Origin: Rebecca billardiae RCC1528
Lineage: Eukaryota; Protista; Haptophyta
Assembly (NCBI GenBank): GCA_965240325.2
Contig: OZ251225.1
Span: 1,922,001-1,986,000 of the forward strand
Direction: 5' to 3'
Length of the DNA: 64,000 nt
A program made the translations under genes and the position numbers. Below the pieces are notes generated by a model, which saw only the letters and a program-made list of their open reading frames with translations, had not been told where the DNA came from and did not search any database. Shown in pieces: positions 35,449-47,169 of this stretch. Position 1 is the first letter of the stretch. Each line of letters begins with the position of its first letter.

Positions 35449-36390
35449 TCAGCACGCGAGCGTCGCCGTCGTCGCCATGCGCTCGTCAGCGCGCAGGCGC
35501 CGGCGCAGCGCGGAGCCTGCGGCCACTGCCAAGACGACCGTGCCGACGAGCGCCACCACCAACACCAGCGCGAGCATGCTCGCACTCGCCGCGTCGAGGT
35601 CGAGCGGCTCGTCCTGGGCGAGATGGCGCGACATGAAGCCGCATTGGCCGAGCACCTTGCAGCGCAACTTTGCAGCGATCTGCGCGAGTTGGGCAGCGGT
35701 CGGCACGGGGGGGTGGGTGGGTCGGTGAGCTGTTGGGCAGCAGCAGAGTCCGGCCGCCACGTAAGGCCGCTCGCGCGTGGATGGAGCTGGATGACTCAGA
35801 CTCACCGTGAAGAAGCATGCGGCCCGGCACGCAGCCGACGGGGGAGGGGACGGAGCGGGCGGTGGGGACGGAGGCGGGGGAGAGGGCGGGGGAGAGGGCG
35901 GGGAAGAGGTTGAGGGCGAAGTCGAGGGCGAAGGGGATGGGGCGGTGCAGTCGAGCACGGTCAAGCCAGAGCAGCCCGCTGTGTCGCATGAAAAGCCGGA
36001 TTGGCCGCAGCTGAACTCGGCAACGACGGAGCTGGTGGTCTGGCGGGGGTCGACGCATGTCAAGGCCACGTTAGGAGGAGGTCCGAGCTGACGGCCATGG
36101 ACGCCGGCTGAGGAGACACGCGCCTCCTCCGCGTCCCCGAGCATACGTGCGCGGCGTCTGTCGACGCAACTCTCTGTAGAGACTTCATCGCAAGCTTCAT
36201 CCAGATCTGTACTCTGCCCAGCGTTGTCGCACGCAAACCAGCAACCCTCGCCGTAGAGTTCAATGTAGATCGTCGGCGCAGAGTTGGCCGCGAACACGCT
36301 GAGAATCCCGTCCTCTAGATCACAGTCGGCCGCGACGAAGGCCGACTGCTGTGACAGCAGCAGCAGCGCTGCGGCGAGCCACGAGCGCAT
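35449..36390 (-). CDS. Type I membrane Cys-rich precursor protein, paralogue 1
   Basis: Signal MRSWLAAALLLLSQQSAFVAA; 5-Cys domain; RRRARML...GRQL linker; 5-Cys domain; Ser/Pro stalk; intron 35805-35680; 4-Cys module; SRHL; TM helix; RRRLR tail. Confidence 0.85.
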   Translation of the reverse strand: MRSWLAAALLLLSQQSAFVAADCDLEDGILSVFAANSAPTIYIELYGEGCWFACDNAGQSTDLDEACDEVSTESCVDRRRARMLGDAEEARVSSAGVHGRQLGPPPNVALTCVDPRQTTSSVVAEFSCGQSGFSCDTAGCSGLTVLDCTAPSPSPSTSPSTSSPPSPPPSPPPPSPPPAPSPPPSAACRAACFFTVSLSHPAPSTRERPYVAAGLCCCPTAHRPTHPPVPTAAQLAQIAAKLRCKVLGQCGFMSRHLAQDEPLDLDAASASMLALVLVVALVGTVVLAVAAGSALRRRLRADERMATTATLAC

Positions 36391-36592
36391 CGTTGGGGCA
36401 GCGGCGGAACTTAAGAGTGAAGTGTCGGTCGACTCGAGGAAGGGCCGAAGGGGTGCTCCGAGCGAGGGCAGTCGCGGCACGCGCCGGACCGGCGCCGCCC
36501 CGGCCGGCGATCAAGTTTTGATAGATATTATTTGTCGTCGTCAATTTGCATGCTGATGTCTGAAGCGATTCTCCGCCGCCCGAGCCCCGGAC

Positions 36593-36784
36593 CTGTCTGG
36601 TACTCTCCTTCGGACTGCGCCGCCATCGTTACTCGGCGGGCACAGGTGACCTGTGCGGGCTGTGCCCGCCGAGTAACGATGGCGGCGCAGTCCGGAGGAG
36701 AGTACCAGACTGACTGACAGGCTGACAGCACTGAGCAGTGAGCACTCGCGTGAAGCGAGTGCGATGGCGGAGAGCACCAGCCAG
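36593..36784. mobile_element. Mutator-like MITE with 9-10-bp TSD and an internal ~50-bp-arm hairpin
   Basis: GCCCCGGAC(C) at 36584-36593 and 36785-36794; imperfect TIR CTGTCTGGTACTCTCC / GGAGAGCACCAGCCAG; absent from the paralogous site near 39705. Confidence 0.8.
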
Positions 36785-38555
36785 GCCCCGGACCAACTGC
36801 TGCAACCAAAGGACCATCAAATACCCTGCGGAGCGCACGCGCGGCCTCGTGTGCGCCTCGAGCGCGTGCGGCACGACGCGGCGGCGAGTGACGAGGCATC
36901 AGCCCAGAATCTGTCTCTGAGCAGCGGTCAGCTTTGCGCGCGCAGCGCGTGGCCGGTCCAGGTCGCGAGCCGAGCGCGGCGCTTGTCGGTGGGTGGGCAT
37001 ATGCCATGAATCATGACCGTCTACTTCACTCGCACGCGCTCGCGCCGCGCTGTGAAAGCATATCGGTAGTTATCGGCTCGCCACGCGCCCGCGCTTGCGA
37101 TGCTCCAGCCGAGCAGGGTGTCGCGGGCAGTCCGGCGGCCCGCGGCGGCGGAGGTCTGGAGGAGGGTGCACACGCGCCATTCAGTGATTGCGGTTCAGCA
37201 GCGCGCGCGGGCGTGGTTCGGTCCACCCTTGCCAGCGCCGCTGCGCGATCGGCCGATCGCTCGCGACGGCCCATCATCGGGCACCACATGCACGGTAACT
37301 GAGACGCGCCGAGCGCGAGACAGCGCGCGAGGGCGGCGGGCGGCGTTTGCTATGATCTCGCGCCGGCGCTGGCCCGGTGCACATGTAATCTGGCGGGGCG
37401 GACGGCTGGCGACACGGCGCCAAGGCGGCAGCCGGAGACTCTAGAGACCGTCGACGGCGATGCACGACGATGCCTCCGATGGGCCGATGCCGCCGATGGC
37501 TCGTCGAAATATTCATATACTGGCGGCCGCGCTCCATAATCATATTGGTCCATGCTACGACGGTGCGGACCTTTGTCAAAAGCTTGCGTTATACGTACCG
37601 GTCTACTGCGGAGCAGCCTGTCAGTGTCACGCGTGGCCCGTGCATCGCAGTCACACTCATGCAGCGGTCTACACTGCTGAGACACAGCCACATTGATGCC
37701 TCGATGCGGCGCTTCCTGCAGCCTCGCACCGGCACGCGTAGACTGACGGACTCGCGTCGTACCGTGGCTCTGAATGACTGATAACATCATTGAGACGTGA
37801 CTTATCGCATCACTCTGAGAGTGACTACTGACTCTGTACATCTTCGCCGAAGTCCGCCTCAGAAATCAGAATCCGGATGGCGGGATGCGGGTGCACTGTT
37901 AGTTAGACTTAGAGTAATCTGTTATTCAGATGACAGATTGTCCTGACTGACTTCAGACTTGAGACGAGATCGAGTCAGCGCGGTACCCTCATCGCGGTAC
38001 CCTCATTGGTACGGTCCTCATCGCCCTCTGCCTCTGGCTCCCAGCCCGACAGGGGTTCCGTTGAAAGCCCCCCCGGCCCGCCCTCCCCCCGCCATAGCGG
38101 GTCACTGGCTGTCGTCCCTGTAACTCATGTGTTTTTAAAAATCAGCTAGTAGTATAACGGTGAGGAGCCTGGCGGTCCGGGGCGGTCGTATCATTGGCGT
38201 TTAATAATGAAATAAATATAATAGTAACTATGACACATGACCGTTATAGGCATACGGCGGTATGGCGATTATGAGTACCGTCAGGCTACACTAGCCGGCA
38301 GCCTATTCGTCGACTGAGTCGTAACGGTAGTCACGTAGTCACTGGTGGACAGCTAGCTGTCGTCTGCTCCGAGTTCTCGGTGCTGCCGATTCAGCCGATC
38401 CGGCATCCGCGCGCGTCGTCCGTGTCGCACGTGGGCGAAGGAATGGTGCGCGTCGGTATGGCCCGTCGTCTGCAGCGGCGGGCCGGGCCGCGGGCCGGGC
38501 CCAGAGTCGGCGGGCCAGAGCGTGTGTTGGCCGTCTTCCATATATTCTCGGCTCC

Positions 38556-39500
38556 TCAGCACGCGAGCGTCGCCGTCGTCGCCATGCGCTCGTCAGCGCG
38601 CAGGCGCCGGCGCAGCGCGGAGCCTGCGGCCACTGCCAAGACGACCGTGCCGACGAGCGCCACCACCAACACCAGCGCGAGCATGCTCGCACTCGCCGCG
38701 TCGAGGTCGAGTGGCTCGTCCTGGGCGAGATGGCGAGACATGAAGCCGCATTGGCCGAGCACCTTGCAGCGCAACTTTGCAGCGATCTGCGCGAGTTGGG
38801 CAGCGGTCGGCACGGGGGGGTGGGTGGGTCGGTGAGCTGTTGGGCAGCAGCAGAGTCCGGCCGCCACGTAAGGCCGCTCGCGCGTGGATGGAGCTGGATG
38901 ACTCAGACTCACCGTGAAGAAGCACGCGGCCCGGCACGCAGCCGACGGGGGAGGGGACGGAGCGGGCGGTGGGGACGGAGGCGGGGGAGAGGGCGGGGGA
39001 GAGGGCGGGGAAGAGGTTGAGGGCGAAGTCGAGGGCGAAGGAGACGAGGCGGTGCAGTCGAGCACGTTAAAGCCAGAGCAGCCCGCTGTTTGGCATGACC
39101 AGCCGGATTGGCCGCAGGTGAACTCGGCAAGGACGGAGCTTGGGCCCACCGTGGTGATCTGGCTGGGCGCGGTGCACGTGATGGTCAAAGTAGGGACAGG
39201 CGCGAGCTGACGGCCATGGACGCCAACTGAGGAGGCACGCGCCTCCTCCGCGTCCCCAAGCATACGTGCGCGGCGCCTGTCGCAACTCGGTGTATCGAGT
39301 TCGTCGCAAGCTTCCTCCAGATCTGAAACCCCATTGTCGCACGCAATCCAGCAACCAGTGTCACCGATCTCAAGGTAGATCGTCGGCGCAGAGGTGGCCG
39401 CCAGCACGTCGAGAACCAGGGCCTCTTCATCACAGTCCGCGATGACGAAGGCCGACTGCTGTGACAGCAGCAGCAGCGCTGCGGCGAGCCACGAGCGCAT
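38556..39500 (-). CDS. Type I membrane Cys-rich precursor protein, paralogue 2
   Basis: Same architecture as paralogue 1; intron 38912-38787. Confidence 0.85.
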   Translation of the reverse strand: MRSWLAAALLLLSQQSAFVIADCDEEALVLDVLAATSAPTIYLEIGDTGCWIACDNGVSDLEEACDELDTPSCDRRRARMLGDAEEARASSVGVHGRQLAPVPTLTITCTAPSQITTVGPSSVLAEFTCGQSGWSCQTAGCSGFNVLDCTASSPSPSTSPSTSSPPSPPPSPPPPSPPPAPSPPPSAACRAACFFTVSLSHPAPSTRERPYVAAGLCCCPTAHRPTHPPVPTAAQLAQIAAKLRCKVLGQCGFMSRHLAQDEPLDLDAASASMLALVLVVALVGTVVLAVAAGSALRRRLRADERMATTATLAC

Positions 39501-39729
39501 CGTTGGGGCAGCGGCGGAACTTGAGTGTGAAGTGTCGGTCGACTCCGAGCGAGTTGAGAGTGCGCAGAGCACCGGCGCGAGCCACGGCACCGGCCCAAGG
39601 ACTGCCGCCGGTGATCGGACCAAGTTTTGATCAAACGTCGCGTCGTCAATTCACAGATCATGCTGATGTCTGACGAGTGACGAAGCAATTCTCCGCCGCC
39701 CGAAGCCCCGGACCAACTGCTGCAACCAA

Positions 39730-40925
39730 TATTTCTGTCGGCTGAACGATTTTTTCCGGCGGCGCTACCATCAGAGGCCACTCGAGCGACTTCGTGTCAG
39801 GCGAGGCAGATCGCGCCAGTGCGAGGCGAGGCAGACGCTCGCCTGCCTCGCCCAGCAGGCGAGGCAGCTAAGCTAGTAAAGCCGCGGCCGAACTTTACGA
39901 AAGCCAAATGTCTGCCGGTGCGCCGCCCGTCTTTGCGCACGGTGACAAGGGCGCGCGAGGGCGCTTCCTCACGATCCCGAAGAGCGCTGCGCGCGGCGTC
40001 GCGTTGGCGGCGGCAGCGGCGCTGGGGTGTATCTTGCCCATTCTGCTTGGCGGTGCGCGCTCATGACGCCTCGGCCGCCGCCACGCCATGCGCGACCGGG
40101 CGTGTCGCCTTCTTGACGGGCAGTGCACACGCCCTTGCAAGCGCACAGCCGTGAAGAGCCGAGAGCGTCCGTCGCGCGCACGCCGCCCACGCGGGATGAG
40201 GTTTCAGGACTATTCGTATGACACTGAGCGATCGCGCTCTGGCATGTGCGAGCCATGATGACCATGGGTAGCAACTACGATGACCACTGCTCACCTGCAT
40301 TTCAGCCGATGACATCCTCTCGTTCAGCGATCTTGACTGCTCTGAACGCATGGCGAACTCGGCGGAGCGCATGGGCAAGGTGGCTTCGTTGATAACACAA
40401 AGCATCCCGCGTGGGCGGCGTGCGCGCGACGGACGCTCTCGGCTCTTCACGGCTGTGCGCTTGCAAGGGCGTGTGCACTGCCCGTCAAGAAGGCGACACG
40501 CCCGGTCGCGCATGGCGTGGCGGCGGCCGAGGCGTCATGAGCGCGCACCGCCAAGCAGAATGGGCAAGATACACCCCAGCGCCGCTGCCGCCGCCAACGC
40601 GACGCCGCGCGCAGCGCTCTTCGGGATCGTGAGGAAGCGCCCTCGCGCGCCCTTGTCACCGTGCGCAAAGACGGGCGGCGCACCGGCAGACATTTGGCTT
40701 TCGTAAAGTTCGGCCGCGGCTTTACTAGCTTAGCTGCCTCGCCTGCTGGGCGAGGCAGGCGAGCGTCTGCCTCGCCTCGCACTGGCGCGATCTGCCTCGC
40801 CTGACACGAAGTCGCTCGAGCGGCCTCCATCAGCGACGGCTTCATGGGCGGTGACAGTTGGCCGTGGCGGGCGTCAATCTCGCCTGCCTGAGCCGTGTGC
40901 GTCTCTTATTCTTAGTATAAACTGT
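39730..40925 (-). mobile_element. Family C insertion (about 140 bp) hosting the nested foldback element
   Basis: ACCAA duplicated at 39725-39729 and 40926-40930; empty site TGCAACCAAAGGAC at ~36801-36814. Confidence 0.8.
39774..40827. mobile_element. Non-autonomous foldback element with 425-bp TIRs and a 204-bp spacer
   Basis: Arms 39774-40198 and 40403-40827 are reverse complements (one mismatch seen near the end); TSD CATCA or CCATCAG. Confidence 0.92.
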
Positions 40926-42213
40926 ACCAAAGGACGCCGTGGTGAGGAGCACACGCGCGGCCTCGTGTGCGCCTCGAGCGCGTGGCACGACGCGGCGGCG
41001 AGTGACGAGGCATCCGCCCAGAATCTGTCTCTGAGCAGCGGTCAGCTTTGCGCGCGCACCGCGTGCCCGCGTGGCCGGTCCGGGTCGCGAGCCGAGCGCG
41101 GCGCTTGCCGGTGGTGGTCGGGGCTGATTAGATGTCATGAATGATGTAATGATGTTCAAATCATGACCGTATTCCGGAATACTTGACTCTACTTCGCACG
41201 CGCGCGCGCCGCGCTGTGAAAGCATATCGGTAGATATCGGCTCGCCACGCGCCTGCGCTTGCGATGCTCCAGCCGAGCAGGGTGTCGCGGGCAGTCCGGC
41301 GGCCCGCGGCAGCGGAGGTCTGGAGGAGGGTGCACACGCGCCATTCAGTGATTGCGGTTCAGCAGCGCGCGCGGGCGTGGTTCGGTCCACCCTTGCCAGC
41401 GCCGCTGCGCGATCGGCCGATCGCTCGCGACGGCCCATCATCAGGCACCACATGCACGGTTGATGGTAACTATTTTAAAAGCGCCGAGCGCGAGACAGCG
41501 GGCGAGGGCGGCAGGTGCCGGGCCGGCGGCCGGCGGCGTTTTACTATAAGCGTAGATGCTGCTAGCTCAAACTATGTCTTACTATGGTCTAGCTTAGGTC
41601 TATGCTGGCCTGATCAGCCCGACGCGGTGGTCGCGCTGCTCGCGTAGCACGCTGCACGGCCTCCGGAACTTCCAGGCTGGCCCGGGCGGCTGATGGCGGG
41701 ATAATTAAGGCTGCGCCGCCTGAGCTGTCAGGAATAATGGCCCGCGGTGCAGGGCGGAGCGCGCAGCGTGGAGCCCGCACCAGCGGGCCCGAACCACGTT
41801 TCAAAAAGATCTTTGATCAAGAAAAAAGGGACGGGGGGCGATTTTTAGGGCTGGCGGAGACCGAGTTTCGAGTTTTTGAGATCGCATAGAGAGGTCTATT
41901 AGGCCGAAAAAAAGCACGCCCAGCTCATTCCCCTAAGTAAAGTGCGATCTGGACGTCAGCTGGACGTGACATTAGTGTAACGGTTCGTTACGAGCGCGAT
42001 TTTAAGTATGAGATTGCCGCCAACCGCCAACCGATAAAACGGCAAGGCAAGGGCTCGGGAAATTTGATCACTTCTAAATGTGAATAGTAAAATGCTCTCC
42101 CCGAGCGCGCCTGTCGCCTCGCAGGCCGCGCGTCTCGCCCTCTCGCTGAGCCGCTCTCCCCGAGGCTGAGCTCGCGGCCCGCCTGTCACCTCGCAGGCGC
42201 GCGCCACGGACAC

Positions 42214-43000
42214 ATGCGCGACGAGATCGCGGCGGGGGCGGCGAGATCGCGGCGGGGGCGACGGGCAACAACCTGCCCGCGGGCGCGTTCGTCACTCGAG
42301 GAGCAGCGCGCAAGGGCGAGCCGAGTCCGGAGCACGCGAGCTCGTCGCTCGCCGACCGGAGCAGAGCGCGCCGCCCGCCGCCGCCGAGCGAGCGGCACGG
42401 CAGAGCTGATGAGCCGGATGCGCCCGGAGCTCGCGCGGCTGAAGGGCGAGCTCGAGCACGCGAGCTCGCGCCTCGACGCCGAGCCCGAGCTCCTCCTCAA
42501 CTCGGTCGACGGCGGCGCGGAGGTCCGGCAGCAGCGTGAGGACTCACAGACAGTGTGAGTGAGCCGCGCGCAGCTCAGCCTGCCGCTGGCAGCCGCCGTC
42601 TTCGAGGCCGACGCGGCGGAGGAGGCGGCGGGCGAGCACGGCGGCGCGGTGGAGCAGGCGCGCACGCGCGGCGGCAGGCGCGACGCGCCGCTCGCCTCGT
42701 TTAACCGCCCCGAGCTCCGCTCGGTCGGTCTCGGTGCGCGGCTGCGCAGCCGGCAGGCCGGCGGGCCAGCAGTCTGCAGTGGCGCGCGCTCTCGCTCTGC
42801 CGGCACGAGGCGTGCCGGCTGAGCGACCAGCGGCCCGTCGTCGAGCGCATGGCGCAGGGCGAGTACCTCAAGCAGGTGCGCCCGCTCGCGCGCACGCGCC
42901 AGCTCGCGACCAGCGGCCCTTCGTCGAGCGCATGGCGCAGCGCGAGCACCTTGCAAGCTGAAGCAGGTGCGCCCGCACGCGCGCACGCGCCGGCCCGGCG
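42214..43000 (+). pseudogene. Degenerate coiled-coil-like coding relic
   Basis: ELARLKGELEHASSRLDAE and a duplicated DQRP(V/F)VERMAQ segment, with stops and frameshifts. Confidence 0.35.
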
Positions 43001-43223
43001 CCGCGCGGCGCCTCTCGCCCTCTCGCCCTGCGCGCGCCGCCGCCCCGCTTCCCCGCGCGGCCCGTCCGCGCCTCTCGCCCTTCTCGGGTCTGACTCTCCC
43101 TCTCAGAGTGGCTGAACTGTCTTTCTGACTCGGACTGACTGACTCGTCAGTCTCATTCTCAACCACTGCGCCGCGGGCCCCGAACTGCGTTGGTTCTACG
43201 GAAAAGGACCGCGGAACGCGGTC

Positions 43224-43263
<40 letters not shown>

Positions 43264-43284
43264 CTATAAATATAGCTATATATA
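43224..43284. repeat. (TA)n microsatellite
   Basis: Seen directly. Confidence 0.9.
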
Positions 43285-46149
43285 TAGTACACTCTCGTAC
43301 AGTAGTGGGATATTCACGGCTTCAGCCGCTTCAGGCAGCACTTTACACTACGAGTGGTCGAGTGCCTCTCGAGAGTGATGGTTATGCCGTGAGGCGTGAC
43401 GAGCACGATCGAACTATTAGTATTAATTCAGACTGAGTTAGCTACGACTATCCGAATATATTGTCATTTATTGTCGTCATCACATTCTACAGTCTTAGCA
43501 CAGCACACCACGACGATTCCCGGGTGGGAGGGGCGGACATTTTGGAGAAGTTCGAATCGGCGGTTTCCGTCCCGATCTCTATTTCACAAAGCTACTCGCG
43601 GTACCGTCGGAGTAATGTAAGTACGTATTTCGCGCGGGTGCAAATCATTAGTGGCACTTGATGAAGTCGTTCCTTCAATTCCTCGAATCACCTCCGCCCG
43701 CCCTATTCACCTACCCCTCGACCTTCGCGTTCCACAAGGAGCGTCCCGGCAAAGGGCGCCCCGGCGCGAGAGCCGCTGCCAAAGCCTCGGTAGTCGGCGG
43801 GCAGTGGGCTGGGTCTCGGCGGACGGGTGCGAGTCGAGTCAGGGCCGCGCGGGGGCCGAACGGGCGGGGGAGAGACGCGGCGTCCATGGCGTATTCGCGT
43901 GCGCGCATGGATTGCTCGAACCGCCCGAGGTAGTGTGCGCCACATGTGCGTGCAGACGGCACGACGCCGCGCGAGTCAGCCAGACTGTGAGCTCGTGGTG
44001 CTCGCGCCACACGGCGCCCGCGCTGCCCAAGCAGTGTGCGCCGGAGGAGAAGAGGAAGCTGGCGTGGGTGTCAGAATGTACGCGCGAATGCACCGAGCCC
44101 AACGCACGCATCCGCGCACGCATCCCCTTGTCTGTGACTTTGTTCACTCCGGCGGCTCAGGCCGCCGATGCGTGCCAAGTGAGGTTGCCGTCGCTGCGCC
44201 CACATCGCAAGATCGTCTTGGTCCATCGTGCTCGCGACTACCCACTGCTTGGCCCGTGATGTAGCGTAGACGACTGCTCGCCGGCTCTGGCACTCGCCGG
44301 GTCCATGCGACGGCCGGGTGCGGCGCGCCACGCGGCCGAGTGGACGGCCCGGGCAGCGGGGCCACGCCGGTGGCCCGCGCAGCGCTCGCGCACACCGCGT
44401 GCGTGCCGCAGCGCCGCGTACGGGCACCACTGCGCTCGCGGCTGGGCGCAGTGCAGCTAGCGGTCTGCCTTATTCTAGCACTCGCTACACACGGCCTGCT
44501 CCCTAGACTTGATGGCATCTGAAATGGTGCTGGAAGTCGAGCGTCCACACCGGCGTGCCGGCAGACGCTCGTTGCGGTCAGGTGTTGCGCGGGCGCAAGC
44601 CGTTGGCAGCTAGAACCCAGCTGACCTCGCGGACGCTGTGTTGCTCTCGCCAGCTGCCGAGCACGTGCCCTTGCTTGATCGCCGTGAGAGACGCGATCGC
44701 GAAGAAGTCTCAGCCGGCGCCGCAGAGCGGCAAGCGGCACATGAGATAGGAGCTCGAGCTCGCGCAGCCAACACACTGGCGGTCCTCGGCAACGAGGCCG
44801 ATGGCAGTGACGTCGAGCGCGCTGGCCTCGACCTGGATATCGGTCCGCTTGGTCGCGTCCACGGCTCGGTAGTGCGCTGCGACGCGCGTGAGCAGCCTCC
44901 TGAAGATCGCCGCGTGCTGCTGCTCGCGGATGTGGGGGACGGGTCACTGGGGTTGGACGGACCACAGGATCTTGCTGTACCGCGCGACGAGGGTGGGCAC
45001 AGCCTCCGCCGGCGGGCGGTGCAGCTTCGCGCTGTGCTAGATGGCAACGATGGCAACGTGGTGATGTACTGATTAAACTGCGAGCGCGGCAGCCCGCAGC
45101 AACGCTTGGATTCGACGCACGCCAAGCGTGTCACGCCGATGCTGCGTGGGCGTGCCGCGCGCGGCGCGCGCTGCGCCCCCGCGCCTTGCTCGGGGCAGCG
45201 GGGCTCGCGCGCCGCGCCCGGAGTTGTATATTTATGCCTGCTGACTTGGCCTCGCCCCCGCGCGCGCCACCGCCCGCGCTGTCGCGCCGTCCGGCCCAGC
45301 ACGCGCGCAGGTGATGGCGACGATCGGCCTGCCGCACAACGTCCAGTTCTACAAGTCGCAGGGCACACGGTACGATGGCTTCCGCGAGGCGTTGCTAACG
45401 GGCCGCGACGTGTTCGTGCAGTACGTGATGCCGTGGGTCAGACATCCGCAGAGCTGGGTGTCGGTCGGCTGCAGCACCGTGCGCGACGTCGAGTGTGTGT
45501 GTGCTCGGGCACATCAAGGCCTGCGGTGCGCGCGCGCTGCAGCCGTGCCACCGGCCCCGCGCGCGCCCGCCATGCGGGCGGTGTGGGCGGTGTGTGCGCC
45601 TGCCCTGCGCCGCGCCGCTCGCCCCGCCGCCTTCTCTCCAACCGCCGCCTGACGTTGAGGCAGCTCCCGCCCTGATCCTCCCCTCCCTCCCCGAGCCTCC
45701 TTCCGCCGCCCATCCCGGGGCCCCCGGGGCGCGGCCGATCGAGAACTGGGCAGGCAGATTGAAAGGCGGCTTGTTCAAGCCGCTGGAGTTGTATCCTACC
45801 AAAGGAGCCGCCTCTTTGACAATCGGGTTGTTTAGGGTTCAGGCTGGTGCCTTTTAAATGCGGGTACGGACAGTCGTTTGAGATTCTCACGAAAATGACC
45901 GCCGTCCCCGTGGGGGAATCGTCGTGGTGGCCTGTAGGTGTAGCCTGCTTATCTAGACTGCTTTTGCGCGGAGTCGTGCATGCATATCATGCGCGCGCAT
46001 ATCATCTGCTGCTGAGATGCAGCAGTACGTGATGATGGCTGCAGCAGAGCCGTGATGCCCATTGACCATCGCCGTCTTGACGATCATCGGCCAGGGGCCA
46101 CCCGCATCGTACTGCGGTAGGCTACTGCAGTCGCAGCACGGCTGCACCT

Positions 46150-47043
46150 GCCGGCGTGGGCGAGCATCTGGCGGCAGACTGCGAGGAGCAGGTCGGTCGC
46201 GACGTGCCGCTCGTGCACCTCGTCGAGCACCACCACCTCGTGCCGCCGCAGCGCCGGGTCCGCCACCGCCTCGCGCAGGAGGATCCCCTCAGTGACGAAG
46301 CACAGGGCGGCGCGCGGCCCGGCGGTCGAGTCGAAGCGGACGACGTGGCCGACGGAGCCGCGCGGCTCGCGGAGGGCCTCGGCGCCGACGCGCCGCGCGA
46401 GCGACATCGCTGCGAGCCGGCGCGGCTGCGTCAGCACCACGTGGCGGTACCCCGCCCGCAGCAGCATCTGCGGCACCTGCGTCGATTTTCCAGAGCCCGT
46501 CTCCGCCTGCACGAGAACCATTTGGTGGTCGCGCACCGCGGAGAGGATGGCGGGCTCGGCGGCGGAGACGGGCAGGGCGAGGCGCGAGGCGCGCAGCGCG
46601 CGCAGCGACTCCAGGCCCGCGCGCTGCGCAAAGTCCTCGTACAGCAGCGCCGTCTCGCGCGCGGCCGCGGCCGCCGCCTCGCTCAGACCGCGCGGCCGCC
46701 GGCCGCTTCGGCTCGGGCGCGAGCGCAAAGTTGACGCTGTAGCGCGGCGCGTACGTCGCGGGAATGCCGAGCGCGGCGACTCGCTCGGCGATGCTCGCGC
46801 TGGCGGGCGCGGGGCCGGTGCCCGCGCGCGCCGGCGCGGCCGGTACCGGCGCGGCCGAACGCGCCGCCGGCCCCGGCCCGGCGCGGCCGTCGCTGCAGCT
46901 GCGCTGGCACGCTCACGAGCGGCGCGCACGCCCTCGAGCTTGCGCGCAAACTCGGCAAAGTTCTCCGCACACTCGCGCGGAAAGAGCCCGCCGTCGCCGC
47001 ACACGTACTCCACGGCTGCGGCCTCGTCGTCGCGCCCCGTCAT
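46150..47043 (-). pseudogene. DHX34: DHX34-like DEAH helicase, N-terminal half only, with compensating frameshifts
   Basis: ETGSGKSTQVPQ, TQPRRLAA, TEGILL, DEVHERH. The DHX34-like GIPATYAPRYSVNF (46770-46725) is in a different frame from its flanks. No motif III-VI exons seen downstream. Confidence 0.75.
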
Positions 47044-47169
47044 CGCTCCATCACCGTCATTATCGTTGCGGGACGGCAGCCATCCTGGCCGGCCGCCGGC
47101 GAAGCTGGCACATCAAGCTGCCGAGCTTGCCGCGCTGCGCAGTGCGAGTTGCGGACCCTCCCTGGGACC

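Larger units (their letters stand above)
34700..41540. repeat. Tandem segmental duplication: unit 1 ~34700-37350, unit 2 ~37355-41540 (unit 2 enlarged by insertions)
   Basis: 34710-35020 ~ 37365-37610; 35440-36580 ~ 38547-39700; 36830-37330 ~ 40947-41500. Confidence 0.9.

Noticed and set aside
43545-43562. GTTCGAATC B-box/T-loop-like motif as a tRNA
   Set aside because: No acceptor stem or cloverleaf found around it
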